Source: Chlorokybus atmophyticus (taxonomy: Eukaryota > Plantae > Mesostigma and Chlorokybus algae). Taken from it: DNA of 56,910 bases. The translations under genes and the position numbers were made by a program. The stretch covers positions 63,892 to 120,801 of the forward strand of contig RHPI01000863.1 in NCBI GenBank assembly GCA_009103225.1, given 5' to 3'. The notes under the pieces are model-generated. The model saw only the letters and a list, made by a program, of their open reading frames with translations. It searched no databases and had not been told where the DNA came from. Positions within the stretch are counted from its first letter, which is position 1; the number at the start of each line of letters is the position of its first letter. Shown here piece after piece: positions 11,613 through 23,001 of this stretch.

Positions 11613-12850
11613 CTGCGGGCGGGGCGAGGGTGCTGGATGCGCGCGAAGCCTGCTACGTAGGGGAGGTGACATGGCGCGCAGATTACCATGTTGTCTTTCA
11701 ACCTCTCGCCATTCTGACCAAGAAGGTCCAGCACTCCCGTGGGGTACACCTTGAAAACCTTATAGACGGTGCGGCCCACGGAGGTGTCGAGCGTATCCTT
11801 GGTGGCTGCCATGCAGTAGGCAAAGTCACCTGCTTGAAACCGCCGTTGGCGCTCCCTGTAGAAGCCGCATCGCATGCGTTCGTGGCGCAGAGCATGACGG
11901 TGCTGTGCGATGCGCAGGTTGTGGAAGGCTATCAGGACAGTGTGCTCGCACAGCGTGGCACGTGTGGTGATGTTGTGGTGCATCCAGTCGGGATCATTGA
12001 GGTTGTCCACCACACGGTCTACTTCCTGCTGTGCATGAAAGGGAAGCAATGGCGGACACCTGGACAGCAAGTAGTATGGGCTGTACTCGCGCATCGCCGC
12101 TTGCTTCGACAATCGGTAGCCAAGAGCCACCCACGGAAGGTGGTCGTCTCAGGTGTTCTTCTCATAATACAACACGTACTTGCGGAGTGCCTTCTTGATA
12201 GTCTGCACCGTCCGCTCGGCGAGACCGTCGGCTTGAGGGTGGTCACGCGAAGTACGGCGATGATCGATGTAGCATCTGTCCAGCAGGGTGTCAAACTCCC
12301 CTCTGAACTCAGTGCCCTGGTCGGTAATGACCTCAGTGCATCCGCCAAACCAGCTAAGGACATGGGAGAGGAAAGCTTGAGCCCCCCCCCTGCTGCTCTT
12401 GTCGGGTAATGGCACCAGCTCCACCCATTTGGAGAAGTGCTTGATCATGACCAAAATGTAGCGGGTGCCCCGCACCGAGGGTGCCAAGTCTCCCAAGCTG
12501 TCGACTTCCGAGCGGTAGAAAAGCCCAGAGATGGGGAGAAAGGGCAAGGTGGCGCTGCGTGTGTTGAGGCTGGCACATACCATGTCACACTGCTGGCAGC
12601 GACTGACAAACCCCTGCACCTGTTTGGACAGCCCATACCACCATTATTGCGCCCTAACTAGGCTGCCGGTATGCTTGACACCGAAGTGCCCAAGCTCCGT
12701 GTGGAGGGCAGCGATAATGCCCTCGCGTGTGGCTGGTGTTGGCACCTTCTTGTCCTCGTCCTGGACGCGGCGGTACACTTTGTCATCCGCCCACCGGTAG
12801 TGGCGGGTGCGCTGACTGACACGATCTTTCTCTCGTGCACTCATATTGGA
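11613..12850 (-). pseudogene. Gypsy integrase (H2C2 zinc-binding domain plus DDE core), frameshifted
   Basis: LHTELGHFGVKHT...CQQC; VDSLG; HFSKWVELVPL; VITDQGTEFRGEF; HPQADGLAERTVQTIKKAL. Confidence 0.92.
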
Positions 12851-12999
12851 GGGAAGCTGGCATTTTGAAGGAAGGAGAGTGATGGCTTATTCAGCCATAT
12901 GTCCTGCCTGGTGTCGGTAAGTGCCAGCTCGCTGTCGTTGACTGCGATGTCGACCGCGTGGACGTCCCCTAGTGATGTGGTCACTGTGGGGTCGGTAGC

Positions 13000-14560
13000 C
13001 TCAAGGGCAGGAACCTCCTCTGTCGTTGAGGTGGTGTTGATCTGGCGCTCTAACCATGACGCGGCACAACATGGCCGCCATGGTGGGAGCTGCTGCGGGG
13101 CCGAGCTCCTGCCGAGCTCCGGTTGCATCGTTGGTATTGCGATGAGGGTTGCAACTGAGGCCATCAGCGTCCTGGTTGGTGAGGCCGGCGCGGTGGTTGA
13201 TCTCGAAGTCATATTCCTGCAGCAACAGGGCCCAGCGAGCAAGTTTCCCTGTCAGATATTGGTTGGTCATCAACCACTTGAGTGGCTGATAATCGATGAT
13301 CAGCTGGAATTGACGACCAAAAAGGCAAGGTCTGAAGAAGGAGATAGCCCATACTGCAGCGAGGCACTCCCCCTCATAGCTGATATACTTGGCCTCAGCG
13401 CTGTTGTTGCTTCGGCTGGCGTACGACACCACCCGCTCCTTCTTGTTCTCATCGTGCTGTACCAGCACAACCCCCATCCCAAGTTTGCTCCAGTCGGTGT
13501 GGAGGATGAAGGGCTTGTTGTTGTTAGGACGTTGCAGGATGGGAGCGGTGGTGAGCCTGCCCTTTAGCTCCTCAAACGCCTGCTGTTGCGGCCCCTTCCA
13601 CGCAAACTCCACCTCCTTCTTTAGGAGCTCTTTGAGGGGTCGCGCGATCTTTGCGAAGTCCTTCACGATCCGGCAATAGTAGTTGGCAACGCCCAGAAAG
13701 GCATGCAGACGCGTAAGGTTCGTGGGAGCAGATATAGCCGCCAAAGCCTCCACCTTTGCCTGCTGTACACATTATGGGGCACAATCATGTGCCCTAGGTA
13801 GGGTACCTTGCGAGTGAAGAAGGTGCACTTATCGAGGTGCACTGTCATCCCCACCCCCTTGAGTCTCTTTAGCACAACCTCGATGTGCTGCAGGTGCTCG
13901 TCGTTACTGCGACTGAAGGTGAGAATGTCGTCAATGTAGCATCGCGCGGAGTTCAGCCCCTTTAAGGCTTTGTCTATGATGCGCTGGAACTTGGCATGAG
14001 CGTTCTTCAATCCAAAGGGCATGACCTTCCACTGGTACAGCTGCCGGTTGCCCCAAAAAGAGGACTTGTGCTTGTCCTCCTCCTTGATGGCGATCTAGTT
14101 GTACCCTTGTATATCCAGAATGCTGAAGATGGTGCAGTCTCCTACATTTCCAAAGATACCCGCTGCAGTAGGCATTGGATATCTGTTTTGTTTGGTCTTG
14201 TTGCTGAGGGGGCGATAGCGAGGGGGCCATTCAAATAAATACGGTACGCTTCAGAGGTCACCACACTCGCCGTTACCGGTGACTGGTGACTCCAGCATGT
14301 AGCCTAGCATGCTAGACTACAGCATTGCCGCACATGCGCCGGTCTGTCCAGTTGCCTGCTGAAACCTTCTTTAGGGGCATGACAATCGCGACCGCAAAGT
14401 CCAATGTGGACTCGTCTATTAGGATTGCATCTAGCAGAGCCTTGCACCTCTGCTCCACCAAGTCTTCATTCAACTTGGAGAGTCGGTATTGTCGTTGAAA
14501 CACGGTTCGGTGTCCACCAACTCGATGTCCATCTGGTTAATCGAGCAAACACCCAGTTCC
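13000..14560 (-). pseudogene. Gypsy reverse transcriptase and RNase H, disrupted
   Basis: RMCG..RPL; MPFGLKNA.AKFQR; CYIDDIL; PYLGH; FLGVANYY; PFILHTDWS..GMGVVLVQ; YEGECLAAVWAI; KLARWALLLQEYDFEI.HR.G. Confidence 0.93.
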
Positions 14561-14829
14561 CTTACGCTGAAACTGAACTAACTTCTCCACTTGTTGAGGA
14601 GAGCCTCCAGTTGTTCTCGCGTTTGGTCTGTAGCCAGTGGTCCAATGGCATGGGACCAAGAGGTGGCATTGGCAACTACTGGGATGTCCTCCACCGTGAT
14701 TGCTGCTCCTTTATATGGGCGATTTCGAGGGCGGTGTGTGCCGCTTTGGTCTCTTGCACGCGATTGGCCCACCCCCCTGCCAGGTGTTCGAGCTCCTGGA
14801 AGGACACATAGCGGTCTTCGAGAGCAAAG

Positions 14830-16215
14830 CACATTTTCCATAACCATACCATGCTGTTCTGATCCATGGCGCTTCCCAAGAATTGGCATTGCTGACTGTC
14901 GGTCAGCGTGGAACCTATGATACTGCCTGGAGAGAAGCCCATGGCGCGTTCGCGCTCACGTGCGTTGGGTTTCTCACGTTGGCCTGTATTGGAATCCAAC
15001 ACCATGCCTGCGGCGTGGTTGCAAAAGGCGCACGATCCTGGGTAGGACGCCAGCGTGGGCAGCGCATGACGTGGTTGCCCAGGCTGGTTGCACTGGTAGA
15101 AGTGCTGGTGATTGTGTCGGGTGACTGGTTGTGCTAAACGACTAAAGTCCAGCATAGCGTCGACGACGAGGTGCAGATATTCAGCAGCAAAGAGATCATC
15201 GATTGTTGTCAGGTTGGTCCACTTGGCGCGGACGCGATGAGTATGGGAGCCATGCCGTGCTGCGTTGATTCTGAGAGGATGTCCCAATAAGGAACGCACC
15301 TGTCGGAAGATGTTGGCCACGTGATGGCGCTTATCGTCCTTGGAGTGCACATTCTCAATGATGTATCCTGGAGGCCTGGACAGCTGGCTGCTTTGCAGGA
15401 TTTTGATGACACGCATTAGTTCCTAGAACAGTCGTGAGCGAGGATCAGCAAGTCCTTAGCCGCTGCCTGCTCTGGAGTGTCCTTGACACTCCCATCCTGC
15501 TATCAGGAGGTGTTGACATTCACACGTGCAAGTGACACGCCAACAACATCAACACAAGAGTATGACTGCTACTGCCATAAATGCCATACAAGTCCAGAGG
15601 TTTTATACCCCGCCAGTTTCTACACACGTCTACATTTGCAAGCACCGCGTGCATAATACTCAGCCTTTTAATGCGCTTTAAGTTGTGCTGTTTAGCTCAC
15701 GACCAGAGCTTTCCAGCAAGCTAAGCCACGCCTGCTAAGCTTACGTATCCACAAAGCTACGCGGTTTCTCCCAACGCTCTACTCATCTCATCAGCATCTA
15801 GTCCGGAGTCCGTCCTGGCTCGACCATCTTGCTAAGTCCGGAGTCCACGTGCTCAGCCCATACCTTCGAATCTCGACTCTTGTGTAGAGGGCCAGCTGAC
15901 CAGATACAAGCATCACCCATGTGATACCTTCAACAGCAGGTCGATGTTGCTCATTGCTAGGAGGTGATCCGCAGTAATTAAACGGATGTCCTGTGGCAGT
16001 GCCTTCAGACTGCCTTGCAGTGCCGATAGCGGCAGTCGCTGCTGGTAGCATTTATGTAGGTGGCGCAGGTGGTGGCCCAGGGCAATCTGTGCGTGTGGAT
16101 CAGGGTCACAGTAGAAGTACTTGGTGACCGTCGCGCCGGTGTTGAGGATAGCGGCGAGGCCACTACCTGTTCCTCCAAATAGTTTCGACACAGTGATGCC
16201 TTGTTGTTGCCGGAA
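14830..16215 (-). pseudogene. C5 cytosine DNA methyltransferase domain (DNMT3-like) inside gypsy pol, between AP and RT
   Basis: Motif I KLFGGTGSGL; motif IV IDLL/IAGWECQGHSRAG (split by the solo LTR); motif VI GYIIENV; motif VIII-like HGSHTHRVRAKWTNL; motifs IX/X ERERAMGF...LGSAMD. Confidence 0.88.
15511..15935 (-). mobile_element. Copia solo LTR (425 bp), related to the LTR at 3810-4233
   Basis: TGTTG...CAACA termini. Flanking 5-mers GGAGG/GCAGG form a target-site duplication with one mismatch. The reverse complement shares several exact blocks with 3810-4233. Confidence 0.88.
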
Positions 16216-16699
16216 TACGTGAAACTTTACTACTCCAGTGGCCACCTGGTGTTGTTCCTGTACAGCAGCTTGGTCCTTGTAGAGAGGGAACCGTGAAGTG
16301 AGCCGCGGTCTGGTCAGTAGTGGATGTGCGACCACCTGTGCGCGCCAGCGGCGTTCTGCTGGTTTGTTGTGGGCCGCTTCTTCGGTGGCATCTTCCTGAG
16401 ACTCGTCGCATGCGATAGGAGAGCCTTGGTCCGAGTTGTGGGTAACCACCGCAAATAATCTGTCATTGGTCATCGAACCTGACCTGTTGGTGGTTGCCGA
16501 CAACGACCTGTAGGTGGCTGTTGCAGCTAACCTCTGGTGGGAGCGAGTGCGAGCCACCAGCTCAAGAGGCAGATATCCTTGAAACTCTCCGTCCTCCTTA
16601 TCCTAATGAGGACAAAACCATGCCTTCTTTGTCTAGCAATCCAACCCCATGCCAACAGGGAAGTTGGAATCCTGTCCCAACCACGGGGCAAAGGATCCG

Positions 16700-16940
16700 G
16701 CGTCGGTGACCACACACTTCTGTATGACCTCGGTGTTGCGGGACGGGTCCATTCCTGTCAAGCGTATGCAGAGGGCTTGCTTGGTGATGGCAATCACCTT
16801 GTCACGGCTGCCGGTTGCGGTGCTGAGCATGTATGGGCACGGCATCAGCTCAGCGCTGGTGATGCCAAGGTCACGTGCGAGGTAATGTCCGATGACGACA
16901 GGGGTCCATAGCCCAGCATCACCCGCTTGGGTGCTCGTCC
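16700..16940 (-). pseudogene. Degenerate gypsy aspartic protease
   Basis: PKRVML...VVIGHYLARDLGITSAELMPCPYMLSTATG...VVTDAGSF; homologous to the NSG-bearing copy at 10846-11148. Confidence 0.65.
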
Positions 16941-19084
16941 ATTCATAGTGACATGCTTGCCTTGGTTGGCGATCATGGATGCGTTGGCAAGGATGCGCAG
17001 CTGCTTGAATCGTCGATAGCGTGTGCATGGGGTGTCCGCTACTGCAGTCTCCTCCGATGGTGTCGAGCGCAGCGCGGTAAGCGCCCCTCACCCAGCTAGG
17101 TCTTGACCGCGGCCTGGCCCGAACCATCCTTACCTTGGCTGTTGATAAACACGCTGTGGCCTGGGTGCCGGCGGTGCCGCCTGCGGCTGTCCTGATTGTG
17201 GCGCCGGGGGATTGCGTCTTTGTGTGGCCGGGGTCATTGCTAGCGGCGTGGCCAATGGCTGTTGGGGAAACCCTGGAGGACCGGGTGGTTGTAGGCCCGC
17301 CTCCCGTGCGGCCGGTTCTTCCACATAAGTCCAGCGTATTGCATGAGCCTCCCTGACCAGTGTACCTTCCCATGTGGCTATTGGGTTATAGATTACGTCA
17401 CTCCAGCGCTGATTCAGAGGCAGGGGTTGGAGATACACTGCACGCAGAAGCCGCGCTCTTATGTCGTAGATGATGGTGGGGACCCTAAGGATCCCTGCCA
17501 TGTAGGCATCCCATCTGCCATTGACCACTCCCACCTCCAACACCGTTGTTGCTCGCGCCCGCATAGTGAGGTAAATCTTTGGCTGTTAGACATGCTGCTC
17601 GTAGGCTGCGATGCGTCTGCGTTGCCGCGCTGCTTCCACCCTTGGCAACTTTAGTACGGCCTTTTGTACTCCTTCTAAGGTGTCAGTGGCTGTTGAGGCA
17701 ACCTCGTCATAGGCTTGCCGTTGTAAACGCAGGAAGGCGTCCAATCAGAACAATTTAGTGCTGAAAGCGAACAGGGGGCCTGCGGGGTGATTGGTGACTA
17801 GCCAAGTCACTTGTCTTGCTCGAGCTACATTACCACCTTCTCGCATCCCCAGCATCCGTCTCAAGCCGATGCCTTCTTATCGGTGCAGCATGGTTGCTTG
17901 TTGCAACAGGGCAGTATGTAGTTGCTGTTCCCCGATTAAACCCGCTCCATCTCGTTGTGTCCACCCTTGCGTTGTGAGGTAGCCTCTCCCTGGATCCCGC
18001 TAATCTTCAGGCAAGTCTTCCAACAAGGCGGGTAGCAGCGGGGCGATCACCCCCCTAAGTTGTTGGGCCAGCGCCCTCGTCTGGTCACCGTTGGGCCCAC
18101 CGACAAGAGGTGTTGTACTAGATGATGGGCCAGCGACTGTTGGCTAAAGAATGCCAGCGCAAGCATCGGCAAGGGCGTGCGCTCTTGCGTCGATTGCCGC
18201 CGCTTGATCCTGTCGCCAGGTGAATGCCTGTTTCAGCGCGGTGTAGTGCTCATGACGTCGGACGGTATTGAGGGGCCTCAGTGCTTCGCTGTCACCCAGA
18301 GGCGTGTCGGCTGTATCAGCGATGTTCTGCTGTACGTTGGGTTGCCGGTCCCTATACGTGTCCAGTGGGCTGGGCTCAAGGGGTTCATAACGGACTGGTG
18401 AAGGTTGGCGTGGCGCCGTTTGCATATCGTTATGCAGAGTTCAGAACATCCGCAGTGCCAGCTCCAGTACAACAGGCGTTCTGACAGCGAAGACGCGGTC
18501 CTGCATGGGAGGTGCCGTGCCGGCGAGGATTCAACCTCCAGCTGCCGCTGAGTCTGTTCTGGCAGCGTGTGATATTCAAGCAGTGGGAAGACTCGATCAC
18601 TGCGTTCAACACGTGTTGTGCGCTCCCCTTTTGGTGGGATCTGCCCCACGCATGATGGTCTCCCAAGCACGCTCAGCTTGCTGACCTCGCGAGACAGCCT
18701 GAGGGACGTCGAGGGCGCGCAATGTAGCTGAGCGGGTTGTTGCAGCGGCAGCAGGCTCGACAATGGCACTGTCGGTGGTGGCGAGAGTGCCGCTCAATGG
18801 CGCGAGAGTGGTCTCAAAGCCTGCTGGCACAGGTGGTTCTGCGGCTGGAGCGGGACTGGTGCGACCTGCTGCTGCAAGGTCGGTGACAGCAGTGGCTGTA
18901 ACCTGCGTGCTCACCAGTATGGGCGCGACGGTGCTCACTGGTAGACCAGTTTCTGGTGAGATTGGAGCAATTGCTACTAGCGTTGACGGAGTTCACGTCG
19001 TAGCCGATGTGACCGTTGCGGCTAGTGAAGTACCACTGGTGGCTTCAGAGGAGGTGGCTGTTGACGATGTTGCGGCTTCCCTTT

Positions 19085-20800
19085 AAACTCGCCGGGATGG
19101 TTGAATACGCGACGGGTTGCTCATGTCTCTCGTGCGCTTTTGAGCCATCAGTGTCCACCAGGCAGAGTAACAGGCGCGGTAGTCCTGCTCCTTGTCTTCC
19201 TCCAAGCGTGCCATATGTGCTATGAGGGTAGCGATATGGTCATCAGCTGGCGGTTGGGCTGGAGCCTTGACGGCAACAGCAGCAGCGCGCGGACGTTCTT
19301 CCAGTCCCTTACGCTGAGGAGGGATTCTTCCCCCTGTAGCCTTGCTCTTCCTTGCGAGCGTTGGCGTAGTTGTTGGTATGCTTATGGCCTCCGGTGTGAT
19401 TGCTGTTGTAGCCATCAGAGTTGTTGCCGCTATGGCCACCAAAGTTGTTGCCGTTGTAGCCACCAGTGTTGTTGCTGTTGTAATTGTCGACGGGTCTCAA
19501 CTGGCGGAACTTGAGCCAGCAGACTGACTCCAAGTGGCCTATCTTGTGACAGTAGTCGCAGGCCAGAGTTGAGTACTCTTCGGTGCACTCCTTTTGGTAG
19601 TGCCCATGCCGTCCAGAGCGATGACACAGCACAGGGGCAGACAAAGCAGTATGCGCTGACCGTTTCCCTTTGTCGCGTGCTGGTGGAGCGTTGCGGCCAC
19701 GTTCGCGGCGCGAAGGCTTGACAGTCGTGCTGGCTATAGGCCGTGAGGCGCTGCGGTTGGTTTTCAGCACTGCCTTCTCATACACCAAGCGCTTATGGGT
19801 GGCTTGTGCAGTTTCGAAAGCTTCCTTAAGCGTGTAGCCAAGGGGCCTGCTGTAGTTTAGGGTCAGGCGCGTCGACTTGCTCAAGGTGGCATCCAACTCA
19901 TTGACATATACCACTGCAGCCGCCTCATCGCTGACGATCTTGTAGTCAGTGTCCTTCAACAGTCCTTCCAGTCTGCAGTACAGGCGTAGGGGGACCTCAT
20001 TGGGCTTGCGCCGGAACCGCCTCAACTCCTCCACTTTGCTAGTGGTTTGCACTGGGAAAGTGCAACGAAGTGCAGCGTATAGATCCTTGAGTGGAGAGTT
20101 AGAGATAGCAGCACCTACAGTGATGGCTGGTGCGCGCAGTGCAACTGACCCGAGGGTGAAAGCACTGCCTCCCGCACGAGAGCCAGGTGTTGCCATAGGT
20201 AGGGGCGTGCCCACCTCAACAGCTGCAGTTCGTTGTTCTTTAGGTCTGGCAGCAGAACGGTCCAGGATCCGGGCCCATCGCGCGGCCGTCTTGATCTCAA
20301 TCTCTGCAGGGGTCAGGTTGACGATCACCAACTCCGGTTCCTCCTCCTCTGCTCCGTCAATGGCTGCCGCTATGGACAACCGGTAACTGCAGCGGGAGTG
20401 GCAGGTGGAAAGACGGCTACTGAACTATGGAGTGATGCCGGTGCTATGGTACTGGAAAGCTCGCCATAACCATCAACTCGATGCAGTTCAACAGCAGACT
20501 TTCTGACATCATGTGCTTCATGATCCAGGTACTAAGCAGTAATGCGAAAAGAGATCTCATCTGACTAGTCTTTCTTCTTCAGAGCATGTTGTCGCATGTT
20601 GGAGTGGAACTTAATGATGAATTCGTCCAGAGAAGTAGTGCCAACGCGTCCGGAGAAGCGCAAGGACGTGGTTGAGCTGGAAGACTCCATCTCGTAGTCG
20701 TCACTGTCGAACGAGAATGGGGAAGCTCGATGCCGTGGAGTGGATAGGAACGGAGTGAAGTCGAAGATAGCACGTGAGCCTCTGCTGCTACTATCATTGC
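19085..20800 (-). pseudogene. Gypsy gag with two zinc knuckles
   Basis: ORF 19309..20379 has LRRFRRKPNEVPLRLYCRL and knuckles CHRSGRHGHYQKEC and CDYCHKIGHLESVC. Upstream gag-like FSGRVGTTSLDEFIIKF at ~20650. Confidence 0.8.
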
Positions 20801-20879
20801 TCCCGTCGCTGGTCCGCTCGTAGGTGAGGTTGGAGGTTGGGCTTCAGCTGCTGAGGTCACCCTTGTCTATTGGAGAGAA

Positions 20880-21617
20880 CGGGGTGGGCCTGCTCATACA
20901 GCTGGTCCAAATGTGAAAGTGTATGCAGGGTAGAGTGTTGTGCTCTACCGCCTGACTCGATGCCGCTACCACTCACCACACTATTGCTTATGTGCGCACT
21001 ATGTAATGACAATGATAACGAATGCCCAAGGATGTGTCCCCAGATACGGACTACACTATCTGATGCAGAATGCAACGCACTCACTTGAGCAAAAAGGGTG
21101 ACACTGTGAGTCAACAAGCCACTACTATAGGTAGTGCTGTTTACACAGTTCTTTGCATGAGCGAAAAATGTGCTACACTGTTAAGTGCGGTGAATGAGCA
21201 AGCAACACGTGGACACTATGCCCTGACTGATGCCAACAAGCACACTGCAACCAGGCACACCAGGCCCACAGCGATGACAAGCACAATGCACACGCGAGCA
21301 TGCACAGGCTCTCACACAGTGAGGGGGTTCTTGGTAACCGGGATGGCGTGTTCATAGTTCAAGTTGTTTCACAAGCTCTTAGCTTTCTCACTCACAGTGT
21401 CCCCAGCTAATTTGGTGAACACTGTGACTACTTATACAAGTCAAATCATGAATGTTCAGAACATAAGCTAACGGTCACATCGAGGCTATTTCCACAGCGA
21501 TTGTCACTCGATATAGAACACAACTTATAACTGAACTCACAACTGAACAGCTACGTGCGGTGCCTATGTGGGCTATGGTCGTGAGCTACCCTTAAGTTAT
21601 GACCCAGCTACTGGTCA
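20880..21617 (-). repeat. LTR-like direct repeat, copy 2
   Basis: Diverged counterpart of 8529-9248, immediately upstream of gag. No convincing tRNA primer-binding site seen. Confidence 0.7.
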
Positions 21618-21779
21618 AGGACGCGCGCGCGTTGGTATGTCGATAGACCGGGCGACGGTTGTGATGTAGACATGCCCGATGAAGGCTGGTATGTGTGGGC
21701 ACCAGGCATGACAAAAGCGGGCTTGATTGCGGCCTCATTGAGATGAAGACGATGGGGAAATATAGGGATTTCTACCTCT

Positions 21780-22620
21780 CGAGTTGGTGGCACGTACGCA
21801 TGCCCCACGCCGTGTGGCTGCAATAGCAACTCGTAACTATGAGCGCTATACAAGAAGCTGCAGCAGCGGCCACGCACATACACACGACAGCGCTCGAACC
21901 AGCCAGTTTATAATACCACAGGACATTCAGCTGATCACAAAGGACCACCTACTGGCTCTCGGCAACAACGACTTGTTAATAGTAGGATGGGAGTGCTAAG
22001 GACACTCCAGAACAGGAAAAGGCCAAGGCCTTGAAGACCCTCTCGCAGGGTTGTTTTAGGAGTTGATAAGAATCATCCATCTTCTCCAACAGCGCTAAAT
22101 CGCAAGGCCGCTGGGGTACAACATCGAGAATGTGCACTCAGAGGACGAAGCGTCCGTACATGGCCTGCATAGGCAGTGTGCCAAATTCTTGGGCACCCAC
22201 TCAAGGTGAACGCAGCACGATACGGCTCACGCGCACACCGTGTCCGCGCAAAATGGACAAATTTGACCATCACAGAGGAGCACGACAGTTGAGTACAAGC
22301 GCAGGACGCGGCCTTGCGACCTGTTGGTCGATGACATCCTTGACCCTAGCCGCAAGGCACAACAAGTCACGCAAGGCACAACAACAGTTGAGTACAACAA
22401 GTCACTTGCCATGACCACGATTAGCTTTACCCGTGTAGTTAGCTTGGTCAATCGCGACGCGCTCTCCCCACCCTTGTCTCTTACCTGGGACTATATGCCT
22501 TTTGCAACAGCAATGGCATGGTGTTCGACACTACATCAAGCAAGCTGGAGGACCCCAACGCGTGCGAACGCCAATGCTTTATGGGCTTCTTCCCTAGCAG
22601 CATCATATGATCGCCGCTTA
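21780..22620 (+). pseudogene. Second retrotransposon-borne DNMT3-like domain, opposite orientation
   Basis: PQDIQLITKDHLLALGNNDLLIVGWEC*GHSRTGKGQGLEDP...LF*ELIRII...GYNIENV; later RANANALWAS, matching RERERAMGF across frameshifts. Confidence 0.85.
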
Positions 22621-23001
22621 CTGATAGTAAGATATGCCAGCTATTAGGGCGCGTCGTGAATCCAAACAGCATGGTGTAACTGTCGGAGCTAAGCTTCGCA
22701 TTGCAGGATCGCCATATGTCTTTGAAAATCCTCAAACACCTGGCTGGGGGGTGGGCTGATTGTATTGCCGACGCGAACGCAGCTGACACAGCCCTTATGG
22801 TGGTGCACATGGATGAGCAAACAGCAAGTACAGTAGAACATTTCCGTGGTTGCCAATGCAACATCATGTATGTGTGTGGGACCATGCCATAGGTCCTTTA
22901 GCCATGGAAGCCACGCACAAGAAGCTAGAGGCTCTCTTCAACAAATGCAGGTCTCAATTCAGCTTTAACAGGCGTGAGCTTGGCACGTGTTTAATGTATA
23001 A

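Larger units (their letters stand above)
8529..21620 (-). mobile_element. Decayed Ty3/gypsy LTR retrotransposon encoding gag, AP, DNA methyltransferase, RT, RNase H, integrase and PHD finger
   Basis: Colinear minus-strand domain remnants between two diverged direct repeats (~8529-9250 and ~20880-21620). Many stops and frameshifts; nested insertions. Confidence 0.85.

Noticed and set aside
11450-13567. Long plus-strand ORFs 11450..12409 and 12899..13567
   Set aside because: Antisense shadows of the gypsy integrase and RNase H; no independent motifs.
20862-20880. TGGAGAGAACGGGG as a primer-binding site
   Set aside because: Wrong strand for the minus-oriented element and no recognisable tRNA 3' complement.
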